A stretch of 64,000 nt of DNA, taken from a virus. Below, piece by piece: positions 51,849 through 62,834 of the stretch (within the stretch, counting starts at the first letter, position 1; the number at the start of each line of letters is the position of its first letter). The stretch covers positions 1 through 64,000 of IMG/VR virus record IMGVR_UViG_3300020312_000068; one strand, 5' to 3'. Under the pieces are notes generated by a model. The model saw only the letters and a list, made by a program, of their open reading frames with translations. It did not search any database and was not told where the DNA came from. Position numbers and translations under genes: made by a program.

Positions 51849-53372
51849 ATGGCACTTGTAACCGACAAATTTAGAATTTACGCAGCCGAGGCGTTTAGAA
51901 ACACTCTCGGTAGCACTGGTTCGGACGCAAACAAAGTTTATTTGTTTGTTGGTCGTCCGAAAGCTTGGGGTAATCCTGATTCCCCACCTACTAATGAGCC
52001 TATTGACTCATTCACATATCATAGACAGACGTATGGTGATTCGGTTGCTTTTAAGCGAGTAGATATTACTGATACTTCTCTCGTTGTACCTAGAGTAGAT
52101 TGGATTGATCCCACTGAAACAACTGGTGGTACTGGACGTACATATTCTATGTACAAACCAGATTACAGTCCTGCTAAGACTACTGCCAATGGTGCTACTC
52201 GTCTATATGATTCAAACTTCTATGTGATGAACTCTGACTTCAACGTGTACAAATGCTTGTACAATGGTCAGTCTCCCACATACCCTAGAGGAAGACCCTC
52301 ACTGATTCAACCAACAGGAACATCAACCACAGTTATTGAAACCAACGACTCATCTGAGTATAAGTATCGTTGGAAGTATATGTATACTATTGACGCTGAT
52401 AATATTCTAAAATTCGTTACTACAGAGTTTATTCCTGTAATTGAGAATTCTCTAGTACAAGCTGCTGCTGGTGCTGGATCTATTGATACTGTTGTTATTG
52501 AAAATGCTGGTCAGGGTTATAACAATGATACCTACACTAACGTACCTATTCGTGGTGACTGGTCAATCAATGGTGGAACTCAAGCATATGCTTCTGTTAC
52601 GGTAGAGTCTGGATCTGTAACTAACGTTACTGTTACTAACTCTGGATCTAAGTATAGTTTCGGTACTATTGATGTTGGATTAATCCCTAACATTGGAGCT
52701 GGTGGATCGGGTGCTGACCTTGATGTCATTATCCCTCCTAATGGTGGACATGGTGCAGATGTTATCAGAGAGATTGGTGCTTACCGTCTTATGTTTGCTT
52801 CCAAACTAGAGACATCTACTGCTTTCGTTGACTTCCCAACTGACCTTACATTCCGTAGAGTTGGTTTGGTACTTAATCCATATGATTATAAAACTACTAC
52901 AATATCTGATCAGAATACAAGATCTGCTATTAAAGCAATGATCTTCCCTCAGTCTGGTACTGGTATGCCTAGTGGAACCTTTACTGCTGGTACTACTATC
53001 ACACAGAATACCACAAATGCTAAGGGATATATTGTTTCTTATGATTCGACTACGAAAGTATTGCGTTATTATCAAGATTCAACTGATGGATTAACTTCTG
53101 GAAATATTGTTGAGTTCAGTGGTAACTATGAGATTACCTCATCAAACCTTATAACTGCTACTCCTAACCAGACATTTGGTACATCACAAAACCCAGTTAC
53201 ACAGATCACTATTGGTGTATCTGTATACGAACTAGGTCTTTCATTTGTTGAAGGATATGCTAACGGAGAGGTTGAAATCAACTCTGGAGAAATCCTCTAC
53301 ATAGACAATAGGAACCCAATAACCCGATCTGCGGATCAGAACGAAGAGCTCAAAGTAGTAATTGAATTCTAA
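51849..53372 (+). CDS. gp8: Baseplate wedge subunit gp8
   Basis: VTDKFRI, YLFVGRP..W, FYVMNSDFNVYKCL.N, Y.WKYMYTI, SGEILYIDNR.PI.R..DQ.E. Confidence 0.94.
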   Translation: MALVTDKFRIYAAEAFRNTLGSTGSDANKVYLFVGRPKAWGNPDSPPTNEPIDSFTYHRQTYGDSVAFKRVDITDTSLVVPRVDWIDPTETTGGTGRTYSMYKPDYSPAKTTANGATRLYDSNFYVMNSDFNVYKCLYNGQSPTYPRGRPSLIQPTGTSTTVIETNDSSEYKYRWKYMYTIDADNILKFVTTEFIPVIENSLVQAAAGAGSIDTVVIENAGQGYNNDTYTNVPIRGDWSINGGTQAYASVTVESGSVTNVTVTNSGSKYSFGTIDVGLIPNIGAGGSGADLDVIIPPNGGHGADVIREIGAYRLMFASKLETSTAFVDFPTDLTFRRVGLVLNPYDYKTTTISDQNTRSAIKAMIFPQSGTGMPSGTFTAGTTITQNTTNAKGYIVSYDSTTKVLRYYQDSTDGLTSGNIVEFSGNYEITSSNLITATPNQTFGTSQNPVTQITIGVSVYELGLSFVEGYANGEVEINSGEILYIDNRNPITRSADQNEELKVVIEF

Positions 53373-56300
53373 ATGGCACAGAATACGAATCTAAACATAT
53401 CTCCCTATTTTGACGACTTTGATGACGACAAAGGGTTTTTAAAGGTATTGTTTAAGCCTGGATTTCCAGTACAGGCAAGAGAACTAACTACACTCCAATC
53501 ACTCCTACAGAACCAGATAGACACGTTTGGTCAAGGTGTGTATAAAGAGGGTAGTATGGTGGTACCTGGTGGTACTACACTTAATAGGAATTATCCTGTT
53601 GTTTTAGTTCAGAATAACTATCTGAACCTACCTTTAGAATTGTATAGAGATTCACTTAACGGCAAGGTTGTGAAGGGTGCCACTTCAAACATCCGTGCTA
53701 GAGTTAATTTTTCAATCAGTTCTACAGAGTCAACTCGTGGATATGTTTCATTCTATATTACCTATCTAACTAAAGCAGATGATAATGTAACCAGTGTATT
53801 CCAAGCTGGTGAGATATTAACTTGTGAGGAAGATATTACTTATAGTACCTCTACTATTGTTGCTGGTACTCCCCTTGCTCAACTATTAAACTCTAATAGT
53901 ACTGCTGTTGGTTCTACTGCCAACATTGGTAAAGGTGTTTACTTTGTTCGTGGATACTTTGTACCTGTAGCAGAGCAGACTTTAATACTTGATCAATATT
54001 CTAATACTCCATCTTATAAGGTTGGACTTAAGGTAGAAGAGAGAATTATAACTGCTGATGAGGATGCTACCCTATATGACAATGCTATAGGTAGCACAAA
54101 CTTCTCAGCACCAGGTGCAGATAGATTTAAAATCAACCTAACCCTAGTTAAGAAAGCACTTGCTGATCCTAACTCTGCTGACTTTATTGAACTCTTACGT
54201 ACTAACGTTGGTAAGATTGAGAAGAAAGTTGAGCGTAGTGATCTTGGGTTTATTAATGATATACTTGCCACTAGAACTAAAGAAGAGTCTGGTGACTATT
54301 ATGTCAAGAGATTTAGTGTTGACGTAAGGGAGAACCTTAACGACGCATTTAATAATGGGGTCTTTACCAGTGATCAGACCACACAGGATGGTGCTACACC
54401 TACTGAGGATAAGCTTGCTGTACAAGTCTCTCCAGGTACTGCTTATGTTTCTGGTTATAGAACAGAGAAACTAGCAAATACATTTAAGGATTCGGACAAG
54501 CCCCGCACATTTACTGCTGCTGATTCACAGTCTATTACTTCAGACTTTGGTAACTATGTTCTGATTAGTAATCTGTTCGGTGGTGTTCAATTATATGATA
54601 CTGTTAGTTTACATAATGAGAAGATTGCTACTGGTGGTAACGCAAATGGTGACACCATAGGACAAGCAAGAGTTTTTGGATTCTCATTTGAGAGTGGTGC
54701 TAGAGATACTACTGCTACAAAATATCAACTTGCTTTAGCAGATGTTGATCTGTTTACAACTGTTACTATTGGTAGTACTGCTATAGTAGGAGATAAGAAG
54801 TATGTTGGTATGACATCTGGTGCTACTGGATATTCTAGGACCAATGGTACTGTTACTTCTGTTACCTTTGAACAGGTGACTGGTAACTTCGCAGTTAATG
54901 AGACTATTGCTTTAGAAGAGAATCCTACTGCCAGTATTGCTACTATCAGTGCTGTTACTTCTTATCAGTTTACTGACTGTAAGTCATTCTATAAGGCTGG
55001 ATTTACTGCTGATATAGATTTAGATCTTAGATCAACTGTAGCTGCTAATGCTCCTGTATTAAGCAGTACATCTGGTAACGCAACTGCTACTTTAACTGCT
55101 AGTCTATCTAATTTCTCAGCACAGTTGAGGAAGAATGATGTACTTGCTATCAGTAACAATAACTTGTCACATCAGGTTAGAGTCACTAGCATAACAAATG
55201 CTGGTGAGATCGCTATTGAAAGGATCACCTCAAATAATTTAAACGATGGAGCAATCAGTGGAAACATCACATTACTCAGACCACAAATTAGGGAAGCTCA
55301 AAAGAGAACACTTATATCGGCAATTCCGAAAGCTGCCGTTAAGTCTACTTCCACTAACAGCTCTGGTAGTTCTGTTGCCCCTCTCGGATACTTCAGAAAG
55401 TCCTATTCAGTATCCGTTACTGGAGGAGCATTCTCCCTCTCTGCAGGATCTAATCTTACCTTCAGAGATCCCACAGATGGAGATGACTTCCAAGTCATTG
55501 CCACTGCTGGAACCAATGCGGGTACCTCTTACACCGTAGGTAATGGTATAGCAACCACTTCTAACCCAGGTGATGCTAGTGCTTCTATCACTGGATTAAA
55601 TGCTGGTACTTCAGCTGCTATTGTTATAGCAACTGTATACTCAAGTAATAGAACTGCGAAAGCAAAGACTACTGAGCGTATGAAGGTGCTTAGAGTCGAT
55701 CATACTTATGGTGCTAGTGCTAATGGTTTAACACAAACTACTGCTGGTTATGGACATAGATTAGAAGATAAGTTTATATCTCTTGGATGTGCTGATGTAT
55801 TCTCACTGAAGGCTGTATATGAGTCATCTAATTCTGATGATCCTGTAATACCTAACTGTGGTTATAGTAACCTTATAGGTAATTTTGCGATAGGTGATAT
55901 ATTAACAGGTGCTGAATCTGGTGCTAAAGCACAGATCGTATCATTTGATAGTACCACAGTGTACTATGTAATGTTGAATAAGAATGCTTTCTCTGGAGAG
56001 GAAGGTATATCTACTCCTGATGCTAGTGGTAAGATTACTCTTGGAACCATTAAAACTGGTAGTGCTAATATCACATCATCGTTTGACTTAGATAATGGTC
56101 AAAGAGAACAGTATTATGATTATTCTAGACTTGTAAGGAAGTCTGGTTATGCTGCTCCTACACGTAGAATCTTAGTTATCTTCGATAGATTCTCCACAAC
56201 TTCTGGAGATGGATTCTATAGTGTTGATTCCTATTCTTCTGATGATTATAAAGAAATACCTACCTTTGGTACAATTCCATTAAGAAACGGTTTAGACTTC

Positions 56301-59300
56301 CGTCCAATGGTTCCTGCTGCCATCTCAGGGTCAGGTACAAGGCTATCACCATTCTTACATTCTTCTAATGATTATTTTGGTTTCAGTACTAGAGCATTCA
56401 CTGGTAACCTTGTAGGTCTACCAGGACAGGCAGATACCACTATTCTTTCCTATGAGTATTACCTAGGTAGAATAGACAAACTTAGCATGAATAAAGATAA
56501 TAAGATTATCATTGCTAAGGGTGAACCATCTGAGACTCCTGTCGAACCATCTGATCCAGAAGACGCTATGCTTCTGGCAACTATTACTATTCAACCTTAT
56601 GTCTTTGATATTGATGAAGATGTCACTATCACACAGACAAACTTTAAGAGATATACATTTAGAGATATTCAACAGCTTGAGCACAGAATCAAGACTCTTG
56701 AATACTATACACAGTTATCACTACTAGAAGCTGAGACTGCTACCTTTGCTGTTAGAGATAGCAATGGTATGGATAGATTTAAGAATGGATTTATCGTTGA
56801 TAACTTTGCGTCACTAGCAACCAGTGATACATTCCACCCTGACTATAGAGTATCAGTTGACTTTGATGAGGGTCATTTACGTCCTTCCCACTATACAACT
56901 AACCTTCCTCTGATTGTTAGTTCCACCTCTACTAATATTCAACAAACAGGTGATCTAGTAACACTACCATATACTGACTTAGTATTGGTTGATCAACCTT
57001 ATGCTTCTGCTTTAGAGAATGTAAACCCATTCAACGTCTTTACTTTCATTGGAGATATTAAATTAACTCCAGAAACTGATGACTGGGTAGACACTAAGAC
57101 ACTCGCTGCTATCCAAGGACCAGTTGTAGAAGGTAACTACATGACAACTGTTAGAGAGTTTGGTGCTGATCAGAATGGTCTAACACCTATTCAGTGGGGT
57201 TCATGGCAGACAACATGGTCTGGTACTGTATGGCAGACACGTCAAGTCACAACAGGTAAAGGTAAGAACAGACGTACCAGAACTGAGAGATTCTCAAGAG
57301 TTAGAACAGATCAGTCAAGAACTGGTATTCGCCATAGTATTACACCTATTATTGAACAACAGAGTCTTGGTAACAGGATTGTATCTGTTGAGCATATTCA
57401 AAATATGCGTTCTAGGAACATTGAATTTAAGGGTGAGAAACTCAAGCCAAGGACACGTTTCTATGCTTTCTTTGATGGTGTAGATGTTAAGGCATATATC
57501 ACTCCTAAACTTCTTGAGGTAACTAAGAATCCTAATGATGATTCTGATACTAACTCAACTCCTTTCCAGGTTGGTGAGACAGTTAAAGGTCTTACATCTG
57601 GATGTACACTAAGAATTTTGGAACCTAACCATGAGCACAATACAAACCCATACACAGGTACAAGTATTTCCTCAGTTTCAGATTACACTGCCAACCTGGC
57701 ATGGATTAATCTTGACACTAACGCTCTCGCTGCTCAAGCTCTCGGAGCTTATTCTGGCAACCCAATCCCTAATGAGATCTTGGTTGGACAGTCTTCAGGT
57801 GCTCGTGCGAAAGTTAAAGAGAGAAGATTAATTACAGATGGTGCTGGATTCCTGAAGGGAACATTCTTTATACCAGAACCTAACGTATCTACTAATCCTA
57901 AGTTTAAGACTGGTACACGTATCTTCCGTCTATCTGATACAACTAATGATTCACAAGTACAAGGTGAATCAGAGTCTAGTGCTCAGACAGAATACTCTGC
58001 TACTGGTATTCTCCAGACTCAGCAGGAAACTATTATTTCTGTACGTAATGCTCAAGTTGATGAGCAGAGATTTACACAGAACAGAACCTTATGGTCTGAC
58101 CCTCTTGCTCAAACATTCTTGATTCAAGATGAGGACTTAGAAGGTGGTGTATTCTTAACTAAGATCGATCTATTCTTCCAACAGAAGGATTCTGAGATCC
58201 CAGTTGCTATTGATATTCGTACCGTAGAAAATGGTACCCCAACACAGGTAATCGTTCCATTCTCTAAGGTAATCAAGAAGGCAGCTGACGTAGTTACATC
58301 AGCAGATGCTTCTACACCAACAACATTTGTATTTGAGTCTCCAGTATTCATAGGACATCAACAGGAACATGCTATTGTTGTCACATCTGACTCAAACCAA
58401 TATAAAGTATTCATCTCACTTCTAGGTGAAGATGCTATTGATGCTGCTCACGCAGGAGAGAAGATCTCTGAGCAGCCATATATCGGTGTTCTATTCAAAT
58501 CACAGAACGCTTCTACTTGGACACCATCTCAGTTTGAAGACTTGATGTTCAAGATCTATAGAGCAGACTTTACTCTACCTACTACTCTTGCTCAGTCTAA
58601 GTTGATTCTTAACAACGCAACACTGGAAGAGAATAATGGTGGATTTGTAAGTGCTCTACCAAACGCCTTTGCCACAACTGATGATCAGGCATATGTTGAT
58701 GTCTTCCATAGCAATCATGGTATGCAATCATCTGCTAACTATGTTGTTGTAGATGGTGTTAAATCTGAAGTTGGTGATACCACACTTAAAGTTGCTCTTG
58801 CTGCTTCAGGTGTATCACAGATAACAGTACAGAATGCTGCTAACTTCCATCTTTGTATAGGTGGTAACGCAACACAAGCTGCTAGTTTAAATTCAGGAAA
58901 TACTGGACCAGGTAATGCTGCTCCTGCTGTTTCCAATACAAACCCAGGCTTTGTTAAGATCGGTGATGAAATTATAGCTTATGAGCATATCAATACAGGT
59001 TCTCCTGATTGGATTATTGATATCTTAGGACATAATGCTGCTTCTGTAAGTGGTAGAAATTGGGATCCTGTTACTAATTCAGGTTCTGCTACAGGTACTG
59101 CTCATCTTATAGAGGCTACCGTAGAGTGTTATAACCTTGCTGGTATACCTCTGACAAAGATTAACGGTACACATCATACATCTACATTTGGTGGTCTGAC
59201 TTCTTTAAATAGTCCACACAAATATAGACTAAACATTACTGGAGTTAAAGCACATAAAACAATCAGTGCTGGAGGGGATGGTGTAACCATTTCCCAAAAC

Positions 59301-60038
59301 ATACCTTGGGATGTGCTAACTCCACAAATACAAACTCAGACACAACCTGGCTGTAGCATTAGTGCTAGAGCATTGGGTACAAGTGGAACCTCATGTGGTC
59401 CATTCCCATCAGGATATACTGCTGAGACATCATTCGTTAAGGATACAACATTCAGAGATATTACTTTGAATGATATCAATTACTTCCTTGCTACTAAGGT
59501 CATTGCTTCTAAGCAAAATGAAATTAGCAATATGTCTGGAGGTAAATCACTTGACGTAGAATTAAACTTCTTCTCTGACGCAAGTCACTTATCACCTGTT
59601 GTTGATACTCAGAGAATGAGTGTCACTACCACTGCTAACCTCATCAACAACTGGACTCCTTCTGCTGGAGTAGGTGATGAGAATGCTGCTATATACATCA
59701 CTAGACTCGCTAGACTTGATAACTCAGCTACGGGTGTTAAGGTTGCGTTGGCAGCAAACAACTTTGAATTCTCTAATCTCTGCTTAATGTATAAGTTAGT
59801 ACCTGTAGGTTACACTGGAGATACTGATGATTTGAATTTTGAATATTTCAATACTACTGGTATACCTGACAGTGGAGACATGGTTCCTCAAAATGATCCA
59901 TTTGTCTGGACAGATTATGAGTTTACCGTTGAAGATGCTCCTGCTTATGATGGATTCCAACTTAAAATCGTACTTAGAAATTACAATCAACCGTACATCC
60001 CAAGAGTCAAAGATTTAAGAATCATTGCATTGGCATAA
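53373..60038 (+). CDS. Large virion structural protein, VrlC/DUF4815-like
   Basis: TNLNISPYFDDFD..K.F.KVLFKPG.PVQARELT.LQ, APGADRF, DPLAQTF, PRVKDLRIIALA. Confidence 0.88.
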   Translation: MAQNTNLNISPYFDDFDDDKGFLKVLFKPGFPVQARELTTLQSLLQNQIDTFGQGVYKEGSMVVPGGTTLNRNYPVVLVQNNYLNLPLELYRDSLNGKVVKGATSNIRARVNFSISSTESTRGYVSFYITYLTKADDNVTSVFQAGEILTCEEDITYSTSTIVAGTPLAQLLNSNSTAVGSTANIGKGVYFVRGYFVPVAEQTLILDQYSNTPSYKVGLKVEERIITADEDATLYDNAIGSTNFSAPGADRFKINLTLVKKALADPNSADFIELLRTNVGKIEKKVERSDLGFINDILATRTKEESGDYYVKRFSVDVRENLNDAFNNGVFTSDQTTQDGATPTEDKLAVQVSPGTAYVSGYRTEKLANTFKDSDKPRTFTAADSQSITSDFGNYVLISNLFGGVQLYDTVSLHNEKIATGGNANGDTIGQARVFGFSFESGARDTTATKYQLALADVDLFTTVTIGSTAIVGDKKYVGMTSGATGYSRTNGTVTSVTFEQVTGNFAVNETIALEENPTASIATISAVTSYQFTDCKSFYKAGFTADIDLDLRSTVAANAPVLSSTSGNATATLTASLSNFSAQLRKNDVLAISNNNLSHQVRVTSITNAGEIAIERITSNNLNDGAISGNITLLRPQIREAQKRTLISAIPKAAVKSTSTNSSGSSVAPLGYFRKSYSVSVTGGAFSLSAGSNLTFRDPTDGDDFQVIATAGTNAGTSYTVGNGIATTSNPGDASASITGLNAGTSAAIVIATVYSSNRTAKAKTTERMKVLRVDHTYGASANGLTQTTAGYGHRLEDKFISLGCADVFSLKAVYESSNSDDPVIPNCGYSNLIGNFAIGDILTGAESGAKAQIVSFDSTTVYYVMLNKNAFSGEEGISTPDASGKITLGTIKTGSANITSSFDLDNGQREQYYDYSRLVRKSGYAAPTRRILVIFDRFSTTSGDGFYSVDSYSSDDYKEIPTFGTIPLRNGLDFRPMVPAAISGSGTRLSPFLHSSNDYFGFSTRAFTGNLVGLPGQADTTILSYEYYLGRIDKLSMNKDNKIIIAKGEPSETPVEPSDPEDAMLLATITIQPYVFDIDEDVTITQTNFKRYTFRDIQQLEHRIKTLEYYTQLSLLEAETATFAVRDSNGMDRFKNGFIVDNFASLATSDTFHPDYRVSVDFDEGHLRPSHYTTNLPLIVSSTSTNIQQTGDLVTLPYTDLVLVDQPYASALENVNPFNVFTFIGDIKLTPETDDWVDTKTLAAIQGPVVEGNYMTTVREFGADQNGLTPIQWGSWQTTWSGTVWQTRQVTTGKGKNRRTRTERFSRVRTDQSRTGIRHSITPIIEQQSLGNRIVSVEHIQNMRSRNIEFKGEKLKPRTRFYAFFDGVDVKAYITPKLLEVTKNPNDDSDTNSTPFQVGETVKGLTSGCTLRILEPNHEHNTNPYTGTSISSVSDYTANLAWINLDTNALAAQALGAYSGNPIPNEILVGQSSGARAKVKERRLITDGAGFLKGTFFIPEPNVSTNPKFKTGTRIFRLSDTTNDSQVQGESESSAQTEYSATGILQTQQETIISVRNAQVDEQRFTQNRTLWSDPLAQTFLIQDEDLEGGVFLTKIDLFFQQKDSEIPVAIDIRTVENGTPTQVIVPFSKVIKKAADVVTSADASTPTTFVFESPVFIGHQQEHAIVVTSDSNQYKVFISLLGEDAIDAAHAGEKISEQPYIGVLFKSQNASTWTPSQFEDLMFKIYRADFTLPTTLAQSKLILNNATLEENNGGFVSALPNAFATTDDQAYVDVFHSNHGMQSSANYVVVDGVKSEVGDTTLKVALAASGVSQITVQNAANFHLCIGGNATQAASLNSGNTGPGNAAPAVSNTNPGFVKIGDEIIAYEHINTGSPDWIIDILGHNAASVSGRNWDPVTNSGSATGTAHLIEATVECYNLAGIPLTKINGTHHTSTFGGLTSLNSPHKYRLNITGVKAHKTISAGGDGVTISQNIPWDVLTPQIQTQTQPGCSISARALGTSGTSCGPFPSGYTAETSFVKDTTFRDITLNDINYFLATKVIASKQNEISNMSGGKSLDVELNFFSDASHLSPVVDTQRMSVTTTANLINNWTPSAGVGDENAAIYITRLARLDNSATGVKVALAANNFEFSNLCLMYKLVPVGYTGDTDDLNFEYFNTTGIPDSGDMVPQNDPFVWTDYEFTVEDAPAYDGFQLKIVLRNYNQPYIPRVKDLRIIALA

Positions 60039-60337
60039 TGGAAGATTTTGAAGCATACGCAAGGTCACGAGAGAAGGAAATTCTCACAAAGAAGGATGAT
60101 AGGGGTGAAATAGACCCTCGTGACGAGAAAGGTTTAATTAAAGTAGAGGATCATAAGAATCTAGGAAGAGATCCAAATTCCAACGCTATCATTAATACTG
60201 ATAGTGCTGGTTATCTTGCTTATGTAAAAGCAAGGGAACGAGCTCGCTTAAAAGATAAGTCTGTTATGGACCTGAAGGACGAGATTACGGAACTCAAGGA
60301 TATGCTTAAGGTTCTAGTAGAAAACAGTAATAAATAA
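60038..60337 (+). CDS. Hypothetical protein (KVE.H.NL.RD..S.AIIN), coiled C-end
   Basis: TAATG-coupled. Confidence 0.8.
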   Translation: MEDFEAYARSREKEILTKKDDRGEIDPRDEKGLIKVEDHKNLGRDPNSNAIINTDSAGYLAYVKARERARLKDKSVMDLKDEITELKDMLKVLVENSNK

Positions 60338-60351
60338 CATTGAGATAAATA
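60329..60351 (+). promoter_or_regulatory. Tandem late-promoter-like boxes AATAAATA / GATAAATA
   Basis: ATAAATA cores upstream of 60375. Confidence 0.6.
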
Positions 60352-60374
60352 CTCTTTAGGGAAAATTCTAGAGC

Positions 60375-60713
60375 ATGGCATCAGCTGTATCCAATCTATT
60401 GATTTACCAAGGTGCCGATTTCAACATCGACTTCTCAGTCGAGAACGATAACGGTACTGAATTTGATATGACGGGGTACTCAGCAGCGTGTAAGATCAAG
60501 AAGCATTACACAAGTAGTACTTCTACAACAGTTTCAACTGCTATCTTAACACCTGTTACCGCTGGACGCATCCAACTTTCTCTATCAGCTGCTCAGACTA
60601 CCGCTATGAAGTCAGGCAGATATGTTTATGATGTTGTTATAACAGCAGCTTCTGGGTTAAAGACCAGAGTGCTTGAAGGTACAGTTAGTGTTCTGGAGGG
60701 GGTCACACTCTAA
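60375..60713 (+). CDS. Small virion structural protein (Ig-like)
   Basis: NL.IYQGADF, GRYVYDV, RVLEG.V.V..GVT. Confidence 0.8.
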   Translation: MASAVSNLLIYQGADFNIDFSVENDNGTEFDMTGYSAACKIKKHYTSSTSTTVSTAILTPVTAGRIQLSLSAAQTTAMKSGRYVYDVVITAASGLKTRVLEGTVSVLEGVTL

Positions 60714-60934
60714 TGGCAAGATTAAGATTTGGAGATCAATCAGTTCCAAGAGTTACACGAGTCGCCACTGGTGGTGGCGGTGGAACAGTTGGTGCTTTGG
60801 CCGACGTTGACCTGACAGATACAAGTGAAGGCGGTTTACAGAATGGTGGAGTATTGGTATACAACTCCTCAAAAGCAAAATTTATACCAACAAATGTGCT
60901 AAACAACATCACAGTTAATGGGGGAACATTCTGA
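60713..60934 (+). CDS. Small fibre-associated protein
   Basis: L.DVD.T....G.VLVYN; C-terminal NGGTF. Confidence 0.75.
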   Translation: MARLRFGDQSVPRVTRVATGGGGGTVGALADVDLTDTSEGGLQNGGVLVYNSSKAKFIPTNVLNNITVNGGTF

Positions 60935-62613
60935 TGGCATCAAAGTTACTGGTAAAACGTAGTACGGGGACAGCTGCTCCAGGTACCGTTGATTTCGGTG
61001 AATTAGCCTTAACGGTTGGGACAGGTACCCAAGCGAACCTCGGAGACAGACTGTTTGTTGGAGACAATAATAGTGCTGCTCAAGTGGTTGGTGGTAAATA
61101 TTTCACCGACATGCTGGATCAAGTACACGGTGTAACAACCGCTGCTAGTGCTCTGATCGTAGACAGCAATAAGAAACTTGATGATTTCTATGTTGATGAT
61201 GTTCAAATCAACGCTAATGAAGTCACAACAAGTACAACAGATTCTGACCTAATCATATCTGCCAATGGAACTGGTAAGGTTGTTTTACAAGATGGTCAGG
61301 AATTAGAATTTGGTACTACTGGCGATATAGAGTTTGTATGGAATGACTCTGACGCTGATGTACAAATAAGAAGATCAAGTGGTGGTAACGCTGCTGCTGC
61401 ATTACTAATCCAAGACGACATCCCCCTGAAGTTTGGATCTGGTAATGACGCACGTGTTTATTACGACGAAACAACACTAGACAAACTACGTTGGGCTGGT
61501 GCTGATCAAGAATTCGATTCAGGTGTTCAGGTTAAGTTTGCCGATAACACTACTGCTTCCAATACCACAACTGCTGCCGTAGTAATTACAGGTGGTTTAG
61601 GTGTTGGTGCTAAGGCATGGATCAAAGATTTGAATGTAGATGATGACGCAACTATAGGTACTGCTGCTGGTGATACCTTAACAGTTAACTCAACAACTAC
61701 CTTTAATAACGGTGTAACCTTCAGTGGTACACAAACCGTTTCTGGTACCATCAACCAGACTGGTGAGTTTACAATCGACCAGTTAAAGTTGGATGGTAAT
61801 ATCCTCTCTACCACTTCTGGTACTGAGATGATTATCGACCCTTACCCTGCTGGTAATGATTCAGAGGGTTTGGTTATTATTAAAGGTGACTTACAGATTG
61901 ATGGTACGACTACTACAGTCAACAGTGCTTCAATGTCTGTTAATGATCCTACTATTGAATTAGGTGATCCTACAGTTACATTATCACTTACTACTGCTGC
62001 TACTTCTGGTGATACAGTTCTTACTGTTGACCGTGTTGTAGGACTTAATGTTGGTGATGACATCACTGGAACAAATATAGCAAACTCAACAAATATTCAA
62101 TCTATCAATACTGGTCTTAAGCAAATTACTTTAGATCAGGCAATCACAGGAAACATCGATAGCGGTGGATCAATCGTCGCAACACGCGATGCTTCTGATG
62201 GCCTAGATAGAGGTGTGAAGGTACACTATCATGACGGTACTAATGCTAAGTTTGGTTTCTTCGGTTATGACCGTACAGGTGGTGCTGATGGAAATGGTGC
62301 TTGGACATTCATCGAGAATGCTACAGATACCAATACAGTATTTGGAGTAACAGGTAACCGTGGTACAGTTGTACTTGGTGATCTAGAACTCGATACCGAT
62401 CTTGAAGTTCAATATGGTGGTACAGGTGTTTCAACCTTTACCCAATATGGCGTTCCTTATGGTAACGGTGCCTCTGCTATGCAGGTAACAGCTGCTGCTA
62501 ATATGGCATCACCTGGTACTGGTGATGATGCCACAACCTCCTATCAAGTTTTAACAGTCACCGCTGCTGGTGTTCCTGTTTGGACTAATACCGTCGATGG
62601 GGGTACGTTCTGA
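60934..62613 (+). CDS. Tail fibre protein
   Basis: KRSTGT.AP....GELA, GDLQIDGTTTTVNS..V.DP.I.LG, C-terminal DGGTF. Confidence 0.85.
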   Translation: MASKLLVKRSTGTAAPGTVDFGELALTVGTGTQANLGDRLFVGDNNSAAQVVGGKYFTDMLDQVHGVTTAASALIVDSNKKLDDFYVDDVQINANEVTTSTTDSDLIISANGTGKVVLQDGQELEFGTTGDIEFVWNDSDADVQIRRSSGGNAAAALLIQDDIPLKFGSGNDARVYYDETTLDKLRWAGADQEFDSGVQVKFADNTTASNTTTAAVVITGGLGVGAKAWIKDLNVDDDATIGTAAGDTLTVNSTTTFNNGVTFSGTQTVSGTINQTGEFTIDQLKLDGNILSTTSGTEMIIDPYPAGNDSEGLVIIKGDLQIDGTTTTVNSASMSVNDPTIELGDPTVTLSLTTAATSGDTVLTVDRVVGLNVGDDITGTNIANSTNIQSINTGLKQITLDQAITGNIDSGGSIVATRDASDGLDRGVKVHYHDGTNAKFGFFGYDRTGGADGNGAWTFIENATDTNTVFGVTGNRGTVVLGDLELDTDLEVQYGGTGVSTFTQYGVPYGNGASAMQVTAAANMASPGTGDDATTSYQVLTVTAAGVPVWTNTVDGGTF

Positions 62614-62627
62614 CGTTCTTTTAAATC

Positions 62628-62834
62628 ATGGATGTAAACATCATTATTTCTACATTACAACGTAAAGTTGGTGAACTGACTCTCGCTAATACTATGCTTG
62701 AGGCAAAAGTCATAGATTTAACAAACCAGTTAAATACTATAAACCAACAACAATCATCAGAGAATGCTATAAATGGCAACGAGGATCAAACTCAAAAGCT
62801 CGACGACGGCAAGCGCAACACCGACGACTTCTGA
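62628..62834 (+). CDS. Small coiled-coil protein
   Basis: ORF track; heptad pattern. Confidence 0.7.
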   Translation: MDVNIIISTLQRKVGELTLANTMLEAKVIDLTNQLNTINQQQSSENAINGNEDQTQKLDDGKRNTDDF